Part shown: positions 48,355-59,616 of the stretch, in pieces
Position numbering within the stretch: the first letter of the stretch is position 1
Layout: each line of letters starts with the position of its first letter
Program-made: the position numbers and the translations under genes
The notes under the pieces: model-generated
What the model was told of the DNA's origin: nothing
Seen by the model: only the letters and a program-made list of their open reading frames with translations
Databases searched by the model: none
From: Granulicella sp.
Lineage (GTDB): Bacteria; Acidobacteriota; Terriglobia; Terriglobales; Acidobacteriaceae
Reading direction: 5' to 3'
NCBI GenBank assembly: GCA_027339965.1
Contig: DAHWNL010000014.1
Location: forward strand, 32,001 to 96,000
DNA length: 64,000 nucleotides

Positions 48355-49488
48355 TTATGCCGGCAGGGTAATCAGGATGACGGCCGCCAGAGCGGCCATC
48401 ATCCCCACGACCTGGCGCTGTGTGGGCCGTTCGTGGAGCACCCAAGCGGCCAGAAGGATGGTTCCGGCGGGATAAAGGCTGGCAAGCACAGAGGCAACAT
48501 CCAGCCTCCCCATGCGAGTTGCGGCCATGAACAGCAGATTTCCCCCGGTATCCAGCAGCGCGACAGCGCCCGCCCATCCCCAGACTGCGGGTCGATGGAT
48601 GCTGAGTTCTGGCGCCGGCTGCCGTGTTGGCCGCAGAGCCGGGACGCATCGTCGGGCGGCCGCCAGCGCTACCAGGACCAGCAAGCAAAGCGTGACGCTG
48701 GCGAATCTGGCGATCGCCATGGAGGCGATCAAGCCCAGAGGATTGGCCATCTTCAAAGCAATGAAGTACACGCCAAACATCACTCCGGAGAATAGAGCCG
48801 GCGCCAGGCTGCCGCGGGAGCCATCCCTTTGCGACGAGTTCTCGGCCGCAATGAGCCAGATGGCTCCGCCGGCCAGAGCAAAGCCCGCCAGCCTCAGATG
48901 GGACGGCGCGCCCTCCATCCGGCTGGAGGCCAGCGCAGGGATTCCGGCCGCCAGCAACCCACTGAGAGCCGCGGGGATTCCCATGCTCCCGCGGCTCAGA
49001 GCGATATAAAAGGTCACCACCCCGAGAGCGCCAGTGAGACCGGCCACAATGGCCCAAAGAGCGGCCGCGGCTTGGCCGAGCGAACCTGGAGCCGAGCCGA
49101 ACTGCGGAGTCAGCGCGGAGAGGCTCCGCGGAAAAATTTGCTTTTTGTCCGGCCCCGCTGGCATGCCCCGCCGCGAAGCGCGCCAAATCCGGCTCCGTTG
49201 TACCGGGCGCCAGGGGTGATCTGCGGCTTGGGCGCGGTCTGCCTGATAGTGGACGGAGGAGTCTTGAGCTTGATGGGTGTCTTTTCTGGAGGCAATACCC
49301 GTCCAGCAGAGCGCCATGGACACCAGCGCCACCAGACTGAGGAGGTGGGCGAGAAGGACAAACCGAACGGCTTGCGGAGCCTGGCCGCCGGAAGCCTTCA
49401 CCCCCATGCCTCCGGAAAAATCTCCGCCGCCCCAGGAGGTGGCGGAGAAGAGCGCAAGTAGCGCGTTGGAAGGGATTGCACACGCCAT
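48355..49488 (-). CDS. EamA/DMT-family transporter with a large hydrophilic insertion
   Basis: WGGGDFSGG, FYIALSRGSMG, DTGGNLLF, LASLYPAGTILLAAWVLHER. About 75 hydrophilic residues lie between TM2 and TM3. Confidence 0.8.
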   Translation of the reverse strand: MACAIPSNALLALFSATSWGGGDFSGGMGVKASGGQAPQAVRFVLLAHLLSLVALVSMALCWTGIASRKDTHQAQDSSVHYQADRAQAADHPWRPVQRSRIWRASRRGMPAGPDKKQIFPRSLSALTPQFGSAPGSLGQAAAALWAIVAGLTGALGVVTFYIALSRGSMGIPAALSGLLAAGIPALASSRMEGAPSHLRLAGFALAGGAIWLIAAENSSQRDGSRGSLAPALFSGVMFGVYFIALKMANPLGLIASMAIARFASVTLCLLVLVALAAARRCVPALRPTRQPAPELSIHRPAVWGWAGAVALLDTGGNLLFMAATRMGRLDVASVLASLYPAGTILLAAWVLHERPTQRQVVGMMAALAAVILITLPA

Positions 49489-49520
49489 GGGGAGAACCGG
49501 AGTGCGTCCCGGGGCTGGCT

Positions 49521-50858
49521 TTATTGGGACGCCGCCTGATGCACCGGGTTCGCCTGCGCATTGTCGGCAGCCGAGGGATAATATCCGTCCTTGCAGATGA
49601 TCGTCAGCCCCGGCCGCAGGATCCGAATCTCCGTTCGACGATAGCTCTCGTCGTAGGGGTTGGCGTTGGTGTAGTAGCCAACGGTGTACTGAGCGCGAAT
49701 CTGGTTGGTGATCTGCATGAAAGCCTGTTCGATTCCTCTGGGCCGAAACTCGGAGTCAAACTCTCCGCCAGTTTTCGCCGTGTAGGTGGGTAGCACATCG
49801 TCGCGCATGGTCAGGGGGATATGCATCCGGTCCAGGAATCCCACACCCGGAATGGCGGAGTCGCCGACCTGCGTGGCCCACACGGAGATGTTGTTGGTCA
49901 GCAGATACCGGATCACCTCCTTCTGGGTCGCCTGGCTGCCATACTCCTTGCCGTCGGAGATCACATAGATGATTCTTCGCCGTCCTCGTGGCGCCGTGGA
50001 GACCTCTTTGGCCGCTTTGAGAATAGCGTCGTTGAGGGTGTGGTACTCCTTGGGTACGGTAAAAGCAAGGGTGCCAGGCTGATGGCCAAAGTCGGTAACG
50101 CCATCAATGGGCATATTGTTGATCACCGCGCCATGGGACAGGGGACCGGTCAATCCCATCAGAGGATCGCGGCCAACGCCTTTGGAGTTGTCCAGCACCG
50201 CGCCCAGCCGCGGACTCTGCGCCGCAGTGAACGCGGTCTGCTCGGTGACGCCATCGTTGTAAGTGAAAACAGAGACCTCATCCCAGGGAGAGAAGGCGCC
50301 TTGCAGCGCATCCAGAGAGTCGTTGATCTTCTCCATCGTGTCATGGGTGACGCCCTGATCGATGACCAGCGCTACGGCCAGCGGCGCGGGGTCGGAGGTG
50401 AACACGCGAATCTGCTGCCTCACTCCGTTCTCATACACCCGGACATCCCGCCAGGTAATGCCGGGAACCAGATTCCCTTTGGAGTCCTTGACGAGGAATG
50501 GAATCTCATGGAACTGCACGTGGACGCTCAGGGTATTGAGCGCGCTCTGGGTGCTGGCCGGCGGTGGGCCCTGTTGCTCATCCTCCTCCTCATCCTCCTC
50601 GGCCGCGGCCGCAGCAGCGGGTTTGGCTACCGGACGGATGGGCGCGGAGACCGAAGTGGGAGCTGGGGCCATGTTGACCGGCGTAATAGTGTTCAGATCG
50701 GGCAACGCCTGGGGCTCCGGAGCGTTTGGAACGCTCTGCTGCGTCTGTGCCGGCGGTGTTGCACTCTGCGCCGGCGCCAGTGCTGTTGCGGCGGCCAGAA
50801 GCAGCGCCATACCTCCCGCTCGGCTGGCTACCCGTTTCGTTTGCGTTCCCAACGTCAT
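49521..50858 (-). CDS. VWA-domain protein (acidobacterial VWFA-related type)
   Basis: Signal peptide, VKDSKGNLVPG, VYENGVRQQI, ALVIDQG, LNDAI, IYVISDG, TGGE, QYTVGYY. Confidence 0.85.
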   Translation of the reverse strand: MTLGTQTKRVASRAGGMALLLAAATALAPAQSATPPAQTQQSVPNAPEPQALPDLNTITPVNMAPAPTSVSAPIRPVAKPAAAAAAEEDEEEDEQQGPPPASTQSALNTLSVHVQFHEIPFLVKDSKGNLVPGITWRDVRVYENGVRQQIRVFTSDPAPLAVALVIDQGVTHDTMEKINDSLDALQGAFSPWDEVSVFTYNDGVTEQTAFTAAQSPRLGAVLDNSKGVGRDPLMGLTGPLSHGAVINNMPIDGVTDFGHQPGTLAFTVPKEYHTLNDAILKAAKEVSTAPRGRRRIIYVISDGKEYGSQATQKEVIRYLLTNNISVWATQVGDSAIPGVGFLDRMHIPLTMRDDVLPTYTAKTGGEFDSEFRPRGIEQAFMQITNQIRAQYTVGYYTNANPYDESYRRTEIRILRPGLTIICKDGYYPSAADNAQANPVHQAASQ

Positions 50859-51313
50859 CCGTCTTCCTCTTCTTCTATGAGCCAACCGGCCTTCGGCGCA
50901 ATCTGAGTTCTCCTCTGAGACTATCAGCGTGCGGCGTCCGGTGTCTCTTCTTCATTTTGGCCTGGGCCATCACGCCTCCGGGAACAGCTACTCACTCAGA
51001 CGCCGGCTGGAGGAGGTTCGTTGCGCGAGCTCTTATCCCAGGCCGGAGACCGGTGTAGCCGGACTCACCCTGAGGCCAAGGCTCGGGGATAGGCTTCCGG
51101 CTGAGGCGCGGCCCAATCTTTCCGCTTGGAGATCTCACTTCCCATCCGGTCTGGATCCGCCCGCGCCGGCCACGGAGGATAGACGGCGAGCAGGGAGCCA
51201 CGAGATGAGGGGCGGTCTGGAAACTCGAGATTCCGCTCCTGTCCCGTCTGGATGGCGATCAGGAGCAGTGAAGCGTCGCTGTGGACAAGATGCCGGAGGC
51301 GAGCAGAAGCAGC

Positions 51314-52069
51314 TTACTCCGGGGTTCCCGCGCCGGCAGCGGAGGATGGGTTCAGCTTCTGGTTTGCGATTTCGGCAGCGGCGCCGGGACGGCCGTTGGG
51401 ATCCTTGTCCCTGTCCTTGAGCAAGGCCAGAATCTGCCGGGCCTGATCCGTCTTGCCCTGGGACTGGTAGAGTTCAGCGAGCTGGAGCTGGGCCAGAGAC
51501 GCCGGTACCGTCAAGGCATGGCCCTTGCTCAGCTCTTTGTAAATGGCGACAGCTTTGTCGTCCTGCCCTGTCTTTTGATCCAGATCAGCCAGCGCGTCCT
51601 TCCCCAGAGCTGCCAGAGAGCTGTCCCATCCGGAGGCCACCTTTTGGAAGGCCGTCTCCGCACAGGCGGTCCTTCCAAGGTCCTCACAAGCAAGACCGGA
51701 AAAAAACTCGGCCAGGCGTCCGGACCTGGTCAGACCGTACTGTTGGGCGACCTGTTGGAATCCCGGGAGGGCGGCAGCCGCGCGAGTCTTCGCATCCGGG
51801 AAGTACTTGGCTCCGGGAATCGGTTCCGTCGAGGCGCTGGCCAGCGGTGTCTGGTAGATCTGCATGGCTTGACCAAAGGCCGTGGCGGCAGCCGAAGAGC
51901 GATTCTGAAAGAGGGTATAAGCCGCGACGACGGCGATGGTGGCTACCACGGCGATGACACCGTAAAGGATGGCCTGCCGGCGGTGTTCCTCGGCCCAGTG
52001 GACCCCGGTTTCAGTAAGGGCGACAAACTGGTCCTGCTTCTTCAACTGGCGCTTGGTTGCATTGTCCAC
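51314..52069 (-). CDS. Membrane-anchored TPR protein (YfgM-like)
   Basis: GTG start with AAGGA RBS, KRQLKKQDQF, one TM segment, TPR-like helices. Confidence 0.75.
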   Translation of the reverse strand: MDNATKRQLKKQDQFVALTETGVHWAEEHRRQAILYGVIAVVATIAVVAAYTLFQNRSSAAATAFGQAMQIYQTPLASASTEPIPGAKYFPDAKTRAAAALPGFQQVAQQYGLTRSGRLAEFFSGLACEDLGRTACAETAFQKVASGWDSSLAALGKDALADLDQKTGQDDKAVAIYKELSKGHALTVPASLAQLQLAELYQSQGKTDQARQILALLKDRDKDPNGRPGAAAEIANQKLNPSSAAGAGTPE

Positions 52070-52506
52070 AAACGTTCCGTCCTTGGGGCTATCAAGAGAT
52101 GGTTGGGCCCACCGCCCATGCATCTGCTTAGTTTAGCAGGTGACCCGGCCAACTCCGCCGCTTGCCAACGGGAGCCGGAGGGAATCGGCCAGGGACTGGC
52201 GGCCGGTTCTCCACGGCAGGGGGAAGGCCCTGCTGAAGGAACCCGGGTGGCGGCCTTGAGCCCGGCTTGACGTGACCCCTGGGCGCGGTCCTTGCCAATC
52301 GTCTTTCGATGGGCATAGTATCTGCGTCGAACCAATCTAGCTGAGACCGTTTTGAGGAAACCCGGCTGGATTGCTCGCACAAGGGCCCAATTTCTACTGT
52401 TCGCAAAGAAGCAGAGAGAAGCAGGTTGTTTGGCGTGCATCAGATGGCTGAAGCCAGATGGTCGCCGAGCTAGGGCGTAGCAAAACTCAGGAGCGACAGA
52501 CACGTT

Positions 52507-53265
52507 ATGGCTTGGTACGCTTACTGCATTACCGAACGAAATGCATTTACTGAACTGGGCAGGCATAGAAGGCCGATGCCACTCTCCGGGGTAACCGGAC
52601 TCTTTGGAAATCAAACTTTTCTTTTCCCAGCCGCCGATCTGGCGGTCGTGGTCTCAGAACATACGCCGGAGGACACCGGCAGGCTGGTCGCGGTGGAAGG
52701 CCAGGCGGCGGCACGCGAACATGCGCGGGTAATCTCGCTGTGCTTTGCCCAGTCCACCGTGCTGCCCTTCCGCTACGGAACGACGTTTGAGGACGATGAT
52801 GCGCTGCGCCGATCCGTACGCTCTAACCAACGGCACTTCATGGCCAATGTGGAACGTCTGCGCGGCATGGCCGAGATGCACCTGAAGGTGATGCTGAACG
52901 ATATCTGCCCGGAGACGAAGCCGTGCGGCTCCCCGTCGCAAGCCGCGGGCCATGAGTATCTGGCTCATCTGCGAGAGTCGGCTTCACGCCAGCGGGAGCG
53001 CCAGTCACGGGCGCGCGCCCTCTCGCTGCAGATGCACCGTATGTTCTCGCCGGTGGCCGAAGAGGTAAGTTGCAAACGGATGGACTGCGGCAAGATGCTG
53101 CTGGATATCGCCCACCTGGTGGAGAAGCGGACGGTGGAGCGGTACCAGAACAAATACAGCTCGATGGCTCTGGAGATGAAGGACTATGCCATGCAGCTCT
53201 CCGGCCCGTGGCCGCCCTATCACTTTGTGCATCGCGAGCAGCGCGGGCACGGCGCGCACGCATAG
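52507..53265 (+). CDS. GvpL/GvpF-family protein
   Basis: WYAYCI, HARVI, TVLPFRYGT, EMHLKV, LDIAHLV, LSGPWPPYHFV. CAGGAG RBS. Confidence 0.85.
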   Translation: MAWYAYCITERNAFTELGRHRRPMPLSGVTGLFGNQTFLFPAADLAVVVSEHTPEDTGRLVAVEGQAAAREHARVISLCFAQSTVLPFRYGTTFEDDDALRRSVRSNQRHFMANVERLRGMAEMHLKVMLNDICPETKPCGSPSQAAGHEYLAHLRESASRQRERQSRARALSLQMHRMFSPVAEEVSCKRMDCGKMLLDIAHLVEKRTVERYQNKYSSMALEMKDYAMQLSGPWPPYHFVHREQRGHGAHA

Positions 53266-53553
53266 AGTCTGGGAGCCAGGATGCCGCGCAGGCGTTGGGG
53301 AACCTCTGCCTGGAAGGGGCTCCGCGGCCCCGCCCTGTGGTAGGGTTGCTTGACTTGCCCCGGAAGCCTGGCCGGCGCGATTCCGCCGCGGGTATTCCCA
53401 CTCGGTACCTGGGCCGCGTGCGGACGCGATTCGAGGTCGGGAAGAGTTGGGTGAATGGTCGGCGGCGGGTCTGCGACCCGGGTCAACGCCGGGGATGGCG
53501 CTCAGGGCAGGGTTGCCGGCGTCCGCTTTCCTGCATGGGGTCAAGGCAGCGGG

Positions 53554-54258
53554 TCAAAGACGTGACACTCCGGGATGAGAGACGGACGTCCGGTCCTCGC
53601 TGCGGGCTGCAACCTCCGGGAGCACGATCATCTTTCTCTTGCGGCTGAGCACGGAGGCGCGGCGGCGACGGCCCGAGAGGTGGTCAACCTTGTTCCAGAA
53701 GCCGACAAAATAGTCGGCTGCGGAGATGATGGAGAGGATCGCCATCCAGTAGGTCGCAGTGACTGCGATCAGCCGCACGCTGATGGGAAACCAGCCCAGG
53801 AACCATGTATCCCAGCGGTGGTTCAGGGTGACGGCCACGATGGCCACGATCTGCACCACCGTCTTGAGCTTGCCCAGGTCGCTGGCCTGGATGGTGAAGC
53901 CTTCGCTGGAGGCGATGGAGCGCAGGCCGCTGACCAGAAATTCGCGACCAATCACCAGAACGGCGATCCAGGGCTTCATCACCTGCGGGTTGTAGGCCAC
54001 CAGCAGGATGAAGGCTGCGGTGACCATGAGCTTGTCTGCCAGGGGATCCAGCAGCATGCCCAGGGTGGTGATTTGGCCGCGATGACGGGCCAGATACCCA
54101 TCCAGACCGTCGGTGACGGAGGCAAGGATGAAGATGGTTGAGGCGACGATCTCCTGCTCGCCATGAACTCCCTGCCAGGGGAAGCGCGGAGAAAGCGCCC
54201 AGATCAGCAAGGGCACGCTGGCGATGCGAGTGAGCGTGATGGAGTTGGGCAAGTTCAC
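53554..54258 (-). CDS. pgsA: CDP-diacylglycerol--glycerol-3-phosphate 3-phosphatidyltransferase
   Basis: NLPNSITLTRI, TDGLDGYLAR...GMLLDPLADK, GREFLVSGLR, GKLKT. Confidence 0.92.
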   Translation of the reverse strand: MNLPNSITLTRIASVPLLIWALSPRFPWQGVHGEQEIVASTIFILASVTDGLDGYLARHRGQITTLGMLLDPLADKLMVTAAFILLVAYNPQVMKPWIAVLVIGREFLVSGLRSIASSEGFTIQASDLGKLKTVVQIVAIVAVTLNHRWDTWFLGWFPISVRLIAVTATYWMAILSIISAADYFVGFWNKVDHLSGRRRRASVLSRKRKMIVLPEVAARSEDRTSVSHPGVSRL

Positions 54259-54536
54259 GGGCTGTTGGCTCGGGTCGCAGAGGAGATGAGGCTGCGCTGC
54301 CTCGAGTACTGCCATTTTAGAGCATCTTCCACAGGCAGGATACAGCGTAGAACGATGGGCTCTGCTCTCTGCCTGCTTCGGGATGTCGGAGCGGGCGAGG
54401 GCTGGGGCAGACCGGAGGGACGCGCCCGGGCTGGAGGAGGCGCTTGCGCTCCGCCGGCCGAAAAAACATCAGGCTCCGCTGATCGCCGGAGCCTGATGCT
54501 ACCGGAGCCTGATGCTGGACAGCCCATGCCTGGCGG

Positions 54537-55823
54537 CTACGCGTAGATGCCGCGTTGACGGGTGGCGTTGGCCACGCGATCAATGGCCAGCATGTAGGCT
54601 GCGATGCGGTTGTTGACGTTATGCGCGATGGAGTACTGGAGCACGTCCTGGAAGCTGTCGATCAGGATGCGATCCAGCCGCTGGTTCACCTCGTCTTCTG
54701 TCCAGAAGTAACCCATCCGGTCCTGCACCCACTCGAAGTAACTGGTGGTGACCCCGCCGGTGTTGCCCAGGATGTCGGGAATGATAAAGACGCCCTTTTC
54801 CTCCAAGATGCGGTCCGCCACGGTGGTCGTGGGGCCGTTGGCGCCCTCACACAGGATGCGGCATTTCAGGTCGGCGGCGTTGCGGCTGGTAATCACATTC
54901 TCCGTGGCGGCGGGGATCAGAACATCGCAGGGTTGGGTGAGGATAGCGTGCTTGTCAAAGGGCCGGGCGCCGCTGAAACCATGGATGGAGCCGGTATGGG
55001 CGACGTGTTCCAGCAGTTCGGAGATGTCGATGCCCTCGGGGTTAAAAAGGGCTCCGTCGAACTCGCCGATACCGACGATGCGGTATCCCTTGTCCCAGAG
55101 GCACTTGGCGCTGTGGGAGCCTACATTGCCAAAACCCTGGATGATGACCGAGGTGTCCGTGGGGTACATGTTGAGGTGCTTGAGAGCCTGATCAACGAAG
55201 ACGGAGACGCCCCGGCCGGTGGCCTCACGGCGGCCACGAGAGCCGCCCAGCGAGATGGGCTTGCCGGTGACGACCGATGTCATCGTCTGGCCCATGTGCA
55301 TGGAGTAGGTATCCATGATCCAGGCCATGGTCTGCTCATTGGTGTTCACGTCCGGAGCGGGAACATCCTTTTCGGGTCCGATGAATTCGATGATCGCTGC
55401 GGTGTACCGGCGAGTGAGGCGCTCGAGTTCGCCGACGGACAGCTTCTTGGGATCGCAGATGACGCCGCCCTTGGCTCCGCCAAAGGGGATGTTCACTACG
55501 GCGCACTTCCAGGTCATCCAGGAGGCCAGCGCTCGAACTTCATCCAGGGAGACATCCGTACCGTAGCGGATGCCGCCCTTGCAGGGGCCACGCGAAAAGG
55601 AGTGCTGCACGCGGTATCCGGTAAAGATTTCCATGCTTCCGTCGTCCATCGAGACGGGGATATGAACGATGATCTCGCGAGTGGGGTAACGCAGGACCTT
55701 CCAGAGTCCGGGGTCGAGGTTGAGTCTTCGGGCGGCCTCGTCAAAACGCGCCGCCTGGGCGAGCCAGGGATTGGTTTCCTGCTCCAAGGGAACAGAATCA
55801 GTGGAACTGCTGGTTGTTATCAT
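54537..55823 (-). CDS. gdhA: Glu/Leu/Phe/Val dehydrogenase (glutamate dehydrogenase)
   Basis: [60 protein letters not shown]. Confidence 0.92.
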   Translation of the reverse strand: MITTSSSTDSVPLEQETNPWLAQAARFDEAARRLNLDPGLWKVLRYPTREIIVHIPVSMDDGSMEIFTGYRVQHSFSRGPCKGGIRYGTDVSLDEVRALASWMTWKCAVVNIPFGGAKGGVICDPKKLSVGELERLTRRYTAAIIEFIGPEKDVPAPDVNTNEQTMAWIMDTYSMHMGQTMTSVVTGKPISLGGSRGRREATGRGVSVFVDQALKHLNMYPTDTSVIIQGFGNVGSHSAKCLWDKGYRIVGIGEFDGALFNPEGIDISELLEHVAHTGSIHGFSGARPFDKHAILTQPCDVLIPAATENVITSRNAADLKCRILCEGANGPTTTVADRILEEKGVFIIPDILGNTGGVTTSYFEWVQDRMGYFWTEDEVNQRLDRILIDSFQDVLQYSIAHNVNNRIAAYMLAIDRVANATRQRGIYA

Positions 55824-56216
55824 TGAATCCTCATTCTGGTTGGGCGTCTTTCTGCCCAGCGTAGGGTGGCCGGCTAGCGCGGCTTCCCCAGGTACGATTC
55901 GTTCTCCGGCCATGGTCCTCTCTCGATCCAAATCAGGTTCAGGCCCGGCGGGGAGTGAAGGCTCCACGGCGGACGATGGCATCCGTGTCGAACCGGCTCG
56001 GTCAGACCGGTCTGTGACCAAACGCCGCGAGTATAGATCCGGCCGGGAGCAACTCGCAAGCCGCGGCGTTGCCCTCGCCGGGTGCATCCTCTCCCGCAGA
56101 AGTTCGCCAAGGTTCCTCCCCGCCCATGGTCGGCCGGGCCGGCTGGTTCCGGAGCTAACGGGAGAGCGCTGCCGGTCCGGAACCGGTCAGGCGCCGGGCT
56201 GGGTATGATGGGGGGG

Positions 56217-57788
56217 ATGGCTTCTTCTCGCGCAGTGACGACCCCATCCTTCAAGGTGTTTCTGCAACTCTCCCGTGGACACTCCCTGGTGCCGGTGACC
56301 AGAACCGTTGCGGCTGATCTGGAGACGCCGGTCTCGGCGTTTCTGCGCGTGGCTGCCCTGGAGCCGGCGGCCTTCCTGCTGGAGTCGGTGGAAGGAGGCG
56401 AGCATGTTGGGCGATATACGTTCATGGGGATTCGCCCTTACAAGAAGATGACCGCCTGGGGCGGTGAGATCACCGTGGAGGAGGGACGGAGGAGACGAAC
56501 CTATGTCGGGGACATCTTCGCGGAGCTGAAGGCTGCCCTGGATGGAGAGCGGCCTGCGAAGCTCGAGGGGTTGCCTCCGTTCACCGCTGGAGCGGTGGGT
56601 TTTTTTGCCTATGATGTGGTGCGGAGAATTGAGCGGCTGCCCGAGCTTGCAGCCGATGAGTTGCACGTTCCCGATGCTTACCTGATGTTCTTCGATGAGG
56701 TGCTCGCGTTCGACCATGTGACCAAGGCGATCCACCTGATGGTGACGGTAGGGGCGCGGGGCAAGCTGGACGCGGCGGCTTATGGCAGCGCAGAGAGGCG
56801 GCTCAATCGGCTGGAAAAGCTGCTGAGCGCCGCCATTGCGCTCTCCCCGGCCAGGCGCCGCAAGGCCCCCCGGGGGACCTTGAAGCTGAAGGCCCGCACC
56901 CCGATGGCGGATTACATGCGCGGGGTGGAACGGGTGAAGGAGTACATCGGCGCAGGAGACGTCTTTCAGTGTGTGCTCAGCCAGAGGTTTGACTGCGTTC
57001 CGGGGGTGGATCCGTTTGCCATCTACCGTTCCCTGCGGATTGTGAACCCCTCGCCGTACATGTATTTTTTGCGATTTGGCTTGGAGGACAAGCGCGGCAA
57101 GACCAGAGGCAGGTCCGGGAGCGGTCTGGGCAGGGGACGCGAGCCTCTGCGTTCGGCGCATATCGTTGGTTCCTCGCCGGAGTTGCTGGTGCGGGTACAT
57201 GACGGAATGGTGGAGTATCGTCCCATTGCGGGCTCGCGGCCGCGAGGCAGGGATGAGGTAGAGGACCGCGCTCTGGAGGCGGATTTGCGCTCGGACGCCA
57301 AGGAGGTGGCCGAGCACGTGATGTTGGTGGACCTGGGGCGCAACGACGTGGGACGGGTAAGCGAGTTTGGCAGCGTTCGTGTCCGTGACCTGATGTTTGT
57401 GGAGAGATACTCGCACATCATGCACCTGGTGAGCGCGCTGGAGGGCAGACTGCGGAAAAATCTGGCTCCCATTGACGCCTTTCGAGCCTGCTTTCCGGCC
57501 GGCACGCTGAGCGGAGCCCCGAAGATCCGGGCCATGGAGATCATCGAGGAACTGGAGCCGGCGCGGCGCGGAGTCTACGGCGGCGCCATCTTCTATGCCG
57601 ACTTCAGCGGCAATCTGGACTCCTGTATTGCGATCCGGACGCTGTTCATGGATGGGGAGCGAGGTTCCATCCAGGCGGGGGCCGGAATTGTAGCCGACTC
57701 GCAGCCGCGCCGAGAGCATGAAGAGTGCGTGAACAAGGCCAAGGCCGTGGTCCGCGCCATCGAGCGCGCGCGCGGGGTTTCGTCCTGA
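56217..57788 (+). CDS. trpE: Anthranilate synthase component I
   Basis: DLETPVSA, LLESVEGG, GDVFQCVLSQR, NPSPYMY, SSPELLV, EHVMLVDLGRND, PAGTLSGAPKIRAM. Confidence 0.94.
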   Translation: MASSRAVTTPSFKVFLQLSRGHSLVPVTRTVAADLETPVSAFLRVAALEPAAFLLESVEGGEHVGRYTFMGIRPYKKMTAWGGEITVEEGRRRRTYVGDIFAELKAALDGERPAKLEGLPPFTAGAVGFFAYDVVRRIERLPELAADELHVPDAYLMFFDEVLAFDHVTKAIHLMVTVGARGKLDAAAYGSAERRLNRLEKLLSAAIALSPARRRKAPRGTLKLKARTPMADYMRGVERVKEYIGAGDVFQCVLSQRFDCVPGVDPFAIYRSLRIVNPSPYMYFLRFGLEDKRGKTRGRSGSGLGRGREPLRSAHIVGSSPELLVRVHDGMVEYRPIAGSRPRGRDEVEDRALEADLRSDAKEVAEHVMLVDLGRNDVGRVSEFGSVRVRDLMFVERYSHIMHLVSALEGRLRKNLAPIDAFRACFPAGTLSGAPKIRAMEIIEELEPARRGVYGGAIFYADFSGNLDSCIAIRTLFMDGERGSIQAGAGIVADSQPRREHEECVNKAKAVVRAIERARGVSS

Positions 57789-57964
57789 TTGTCTGCCGCT
57801 GGAGTATCGGTCCTCGCAGTTGAGCAGAGAGGCAAGCCGCCTTGGAAGAGTCCACGCCAAGACGCAGCGGACCCGTCAGCCGGCCAGCAGCCTGCCGGGC
57901 GAAAAGCAGAGGGCGATTCCGCCTTCCCCCGGAAGCGGTGGGCACGCGTAGAATCGGAGCTGCG

Positions 57965-58603
57965 ATGGTCTTTGTTCTCGACAACTACGACTCGTTTACC
58001 TACAACCTGGTGCAGTACATCGGTGAGCTCGGGGAGAATCTCGGCGCAGGCAGCGCCGAGATTGTGGTGCGGAGAAACGACGAGATCACCTCGGAGGAGG
58101 TTCTGGCCCTGCGGCCTGACCGCATCTTGCTCTCGCCAGGACCGTGTACCCCGCGGGACGCGGGCATCCTGGTGCCTCTGATCCAGCGTCTGGCGGAGCA
58201 CATGGCGGATCTGCCCAAGAAGAGGCGGATTCCGGTCCTGGGTGTATGCCTGGGGCATCAGGCGATCGGCGAGGCCTTTGGAGGCAAGGTGGTGCGGGCT
58301 CCCCAGCTCATGCATGGAAAGACCAGCCAGGTGGAGCATGATGGGCGGACGATCTTCAAAGGCCTTCCCCGGCCGATGACGTGCACGCGCTACCACTCGC
58401 TGATGGTGGAGGAGGAGACGCTGCCCGCGGAGTTGGAGGTGTCCGCGCGCGTCAAGGGTGAGAAGAAGACAGACGGTCTGGGAAGCGGGCTGATCATGGG
58501 CCTGCGGCACAAGACACTGCCGATTGAGGGCGTGCAGTTTCATCCCGAGAGCGTGCTGACCGACCATGGGAAGCAGTTGATTGCCAATTTTCTGAAGCAG
58601 TAG
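57965..58603 (+). CDS. trpG: Anthranilate synthase component II (glutamine amidotransferase)
   Basis: [40 protein letters not shown]. Confidence 0.93.
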   Translation: MVFVLDNYDSFTYNLVQYIGELGENLGAGSAEIVVRRNDEITSEEVLALRPDRILLSPGPCTPRDAGILVPLIQRLAEHMADLPKKRRIPVLGVCLGHQAIGEAFGGKVVRAPQLMHGKTSQVEHDGRTIFKGLPRPMTCTRYHSLMVEEETLPAELEVSARVKGEKKTDGLGSGLIMGLRHKTLPIEGVQFHPESVLTDHGKQLIANFLKQ

Positions 58604-58662
58604 CCATGCCGCCGGCGCCAAGAACCGTGCGGGAAACCTGAAGCCGAGAAGAGAAGCGCGCG

Positions 58663-59616
58663 TTGGAGCCGTCCGTGGGGAATCATCTGCGAGTGGGGTG
58701 GAGCGTGGTGGCGGCCTGCCTGTTGGCTGCGGGCCCGTCGTGCATTCGCGCGCAGCGGCAAGCGCAGGTTCTGGGGACGGTTGCGGTCCAGGATGCGCGG
58801 GTGAAAGGCGGGTTGGTGATCAAGGGAAAGCAGGCGCAACTGATCTCCAAGGCCAGCGTGACGGCCTACGACCATACAGCCAAAGTGAAGCTAAAGCGAG
58901 GAGGGGACGTTCTGGTGTGCTCCACCAGCCAGTTCCATCTCATGCGCGTTGGCCAAGCCAGCGCTCTGCTGTTCGGATTGGACCGCGGAGCCATCGAGCT
59001 GCATACGCCGACCGAGGCGGAGGATGTGATTTTGACCCCCGACATTCGCTTCCGGGTGGAGATCAAGGGAACGTATGACCTTCGGATCCGGGTAACGCCC
59101 AATGGGGACACCTGCGTCGAAAACACGGGCAAGAAGGCTCCCGCGCTGATGCTCAGCGATGCGTTCTCCGCGGCAAGCTATCAGTTGTCGCCGGGAGATC
59201 ATGTTTTGTTTGTGCGAGGGAACCTGCGCGAGGTCATCGACAGCGAAGGCTACCCGTGCGGCTGTCCAGCGCCGGCGAAGCAGAAGCACGTCGGCTCTCA
59301 TGCCAGCGCGGCGCAGAAAGCCGCGGCGGAGCACCCCTTCCCGGTGGCGCAGAGCGAGGGCCTGGCACCTACCCCGCCGGAGCCGAACTCGCCGCCCGGG
59401 CAGACCGAGACTCAGGTGTCCACAACGCTCACCTACCGGCCTGGAGGCGCGCCTCCGCCAAGCGCGATGGAGTCTCCCAGCCAGATCATCGCTGATGCGT
59501 TGGGGGCACCTGCTGTGCCGGCGCCGCGGAAGGCGAAGCATTCGTTCGGGTATCGGTTGAAGCGCTTCTTCTATCGTCTGTTCCATCCCGGGTCCGGGCA
59601 GGCAAGCTCCCCGTAG
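58663..59616 (+). CDS. Hypothetical exported protein
   Basis: Signal-like N-terminus, beta-rich core, PCGCP motif, HPFP.AQSEGL, Pro-rich tail ending RLKRFFYRLF. Start uncertain. Confidence 0.65.
   Translation: MEPSVGNHLRVGWSVVAACLLAAGPSCIRAQRQAQVLGTVAVQDARVKGGLVIKGKQAQLISKASVTAYDHTAKVKLKRGGDVLVCSTSQFHLMRVGQASALLFGLDRGAIELHTPTEAEDVILTPDIRFRVEIKGTYDLRIRVTPNGDTCVENTGKKAPALMLSDAFSAASYQLSPGDHVLFVRGNLREVIDSEGYPCGCPAPAKQKHVGSHASAAQKAAAEHPFPVAQSEGLAPTPPEPNSPPGQTETQVSTTLTYRPGGAPPPSAMESPSQIIADALGAPAVPAPRKAKHSFGYRLKRFFYRLFHPGSGQASSP

Noticed and set aside
57075..57160. Basic Gly-rich insertion in TrpE (GLEDKRGKTRGRSGSGLGRGREPLR)
   Set aside because: It is in frame and probably a variable surface loop; too short for an intein and lacking splice-junction residues.
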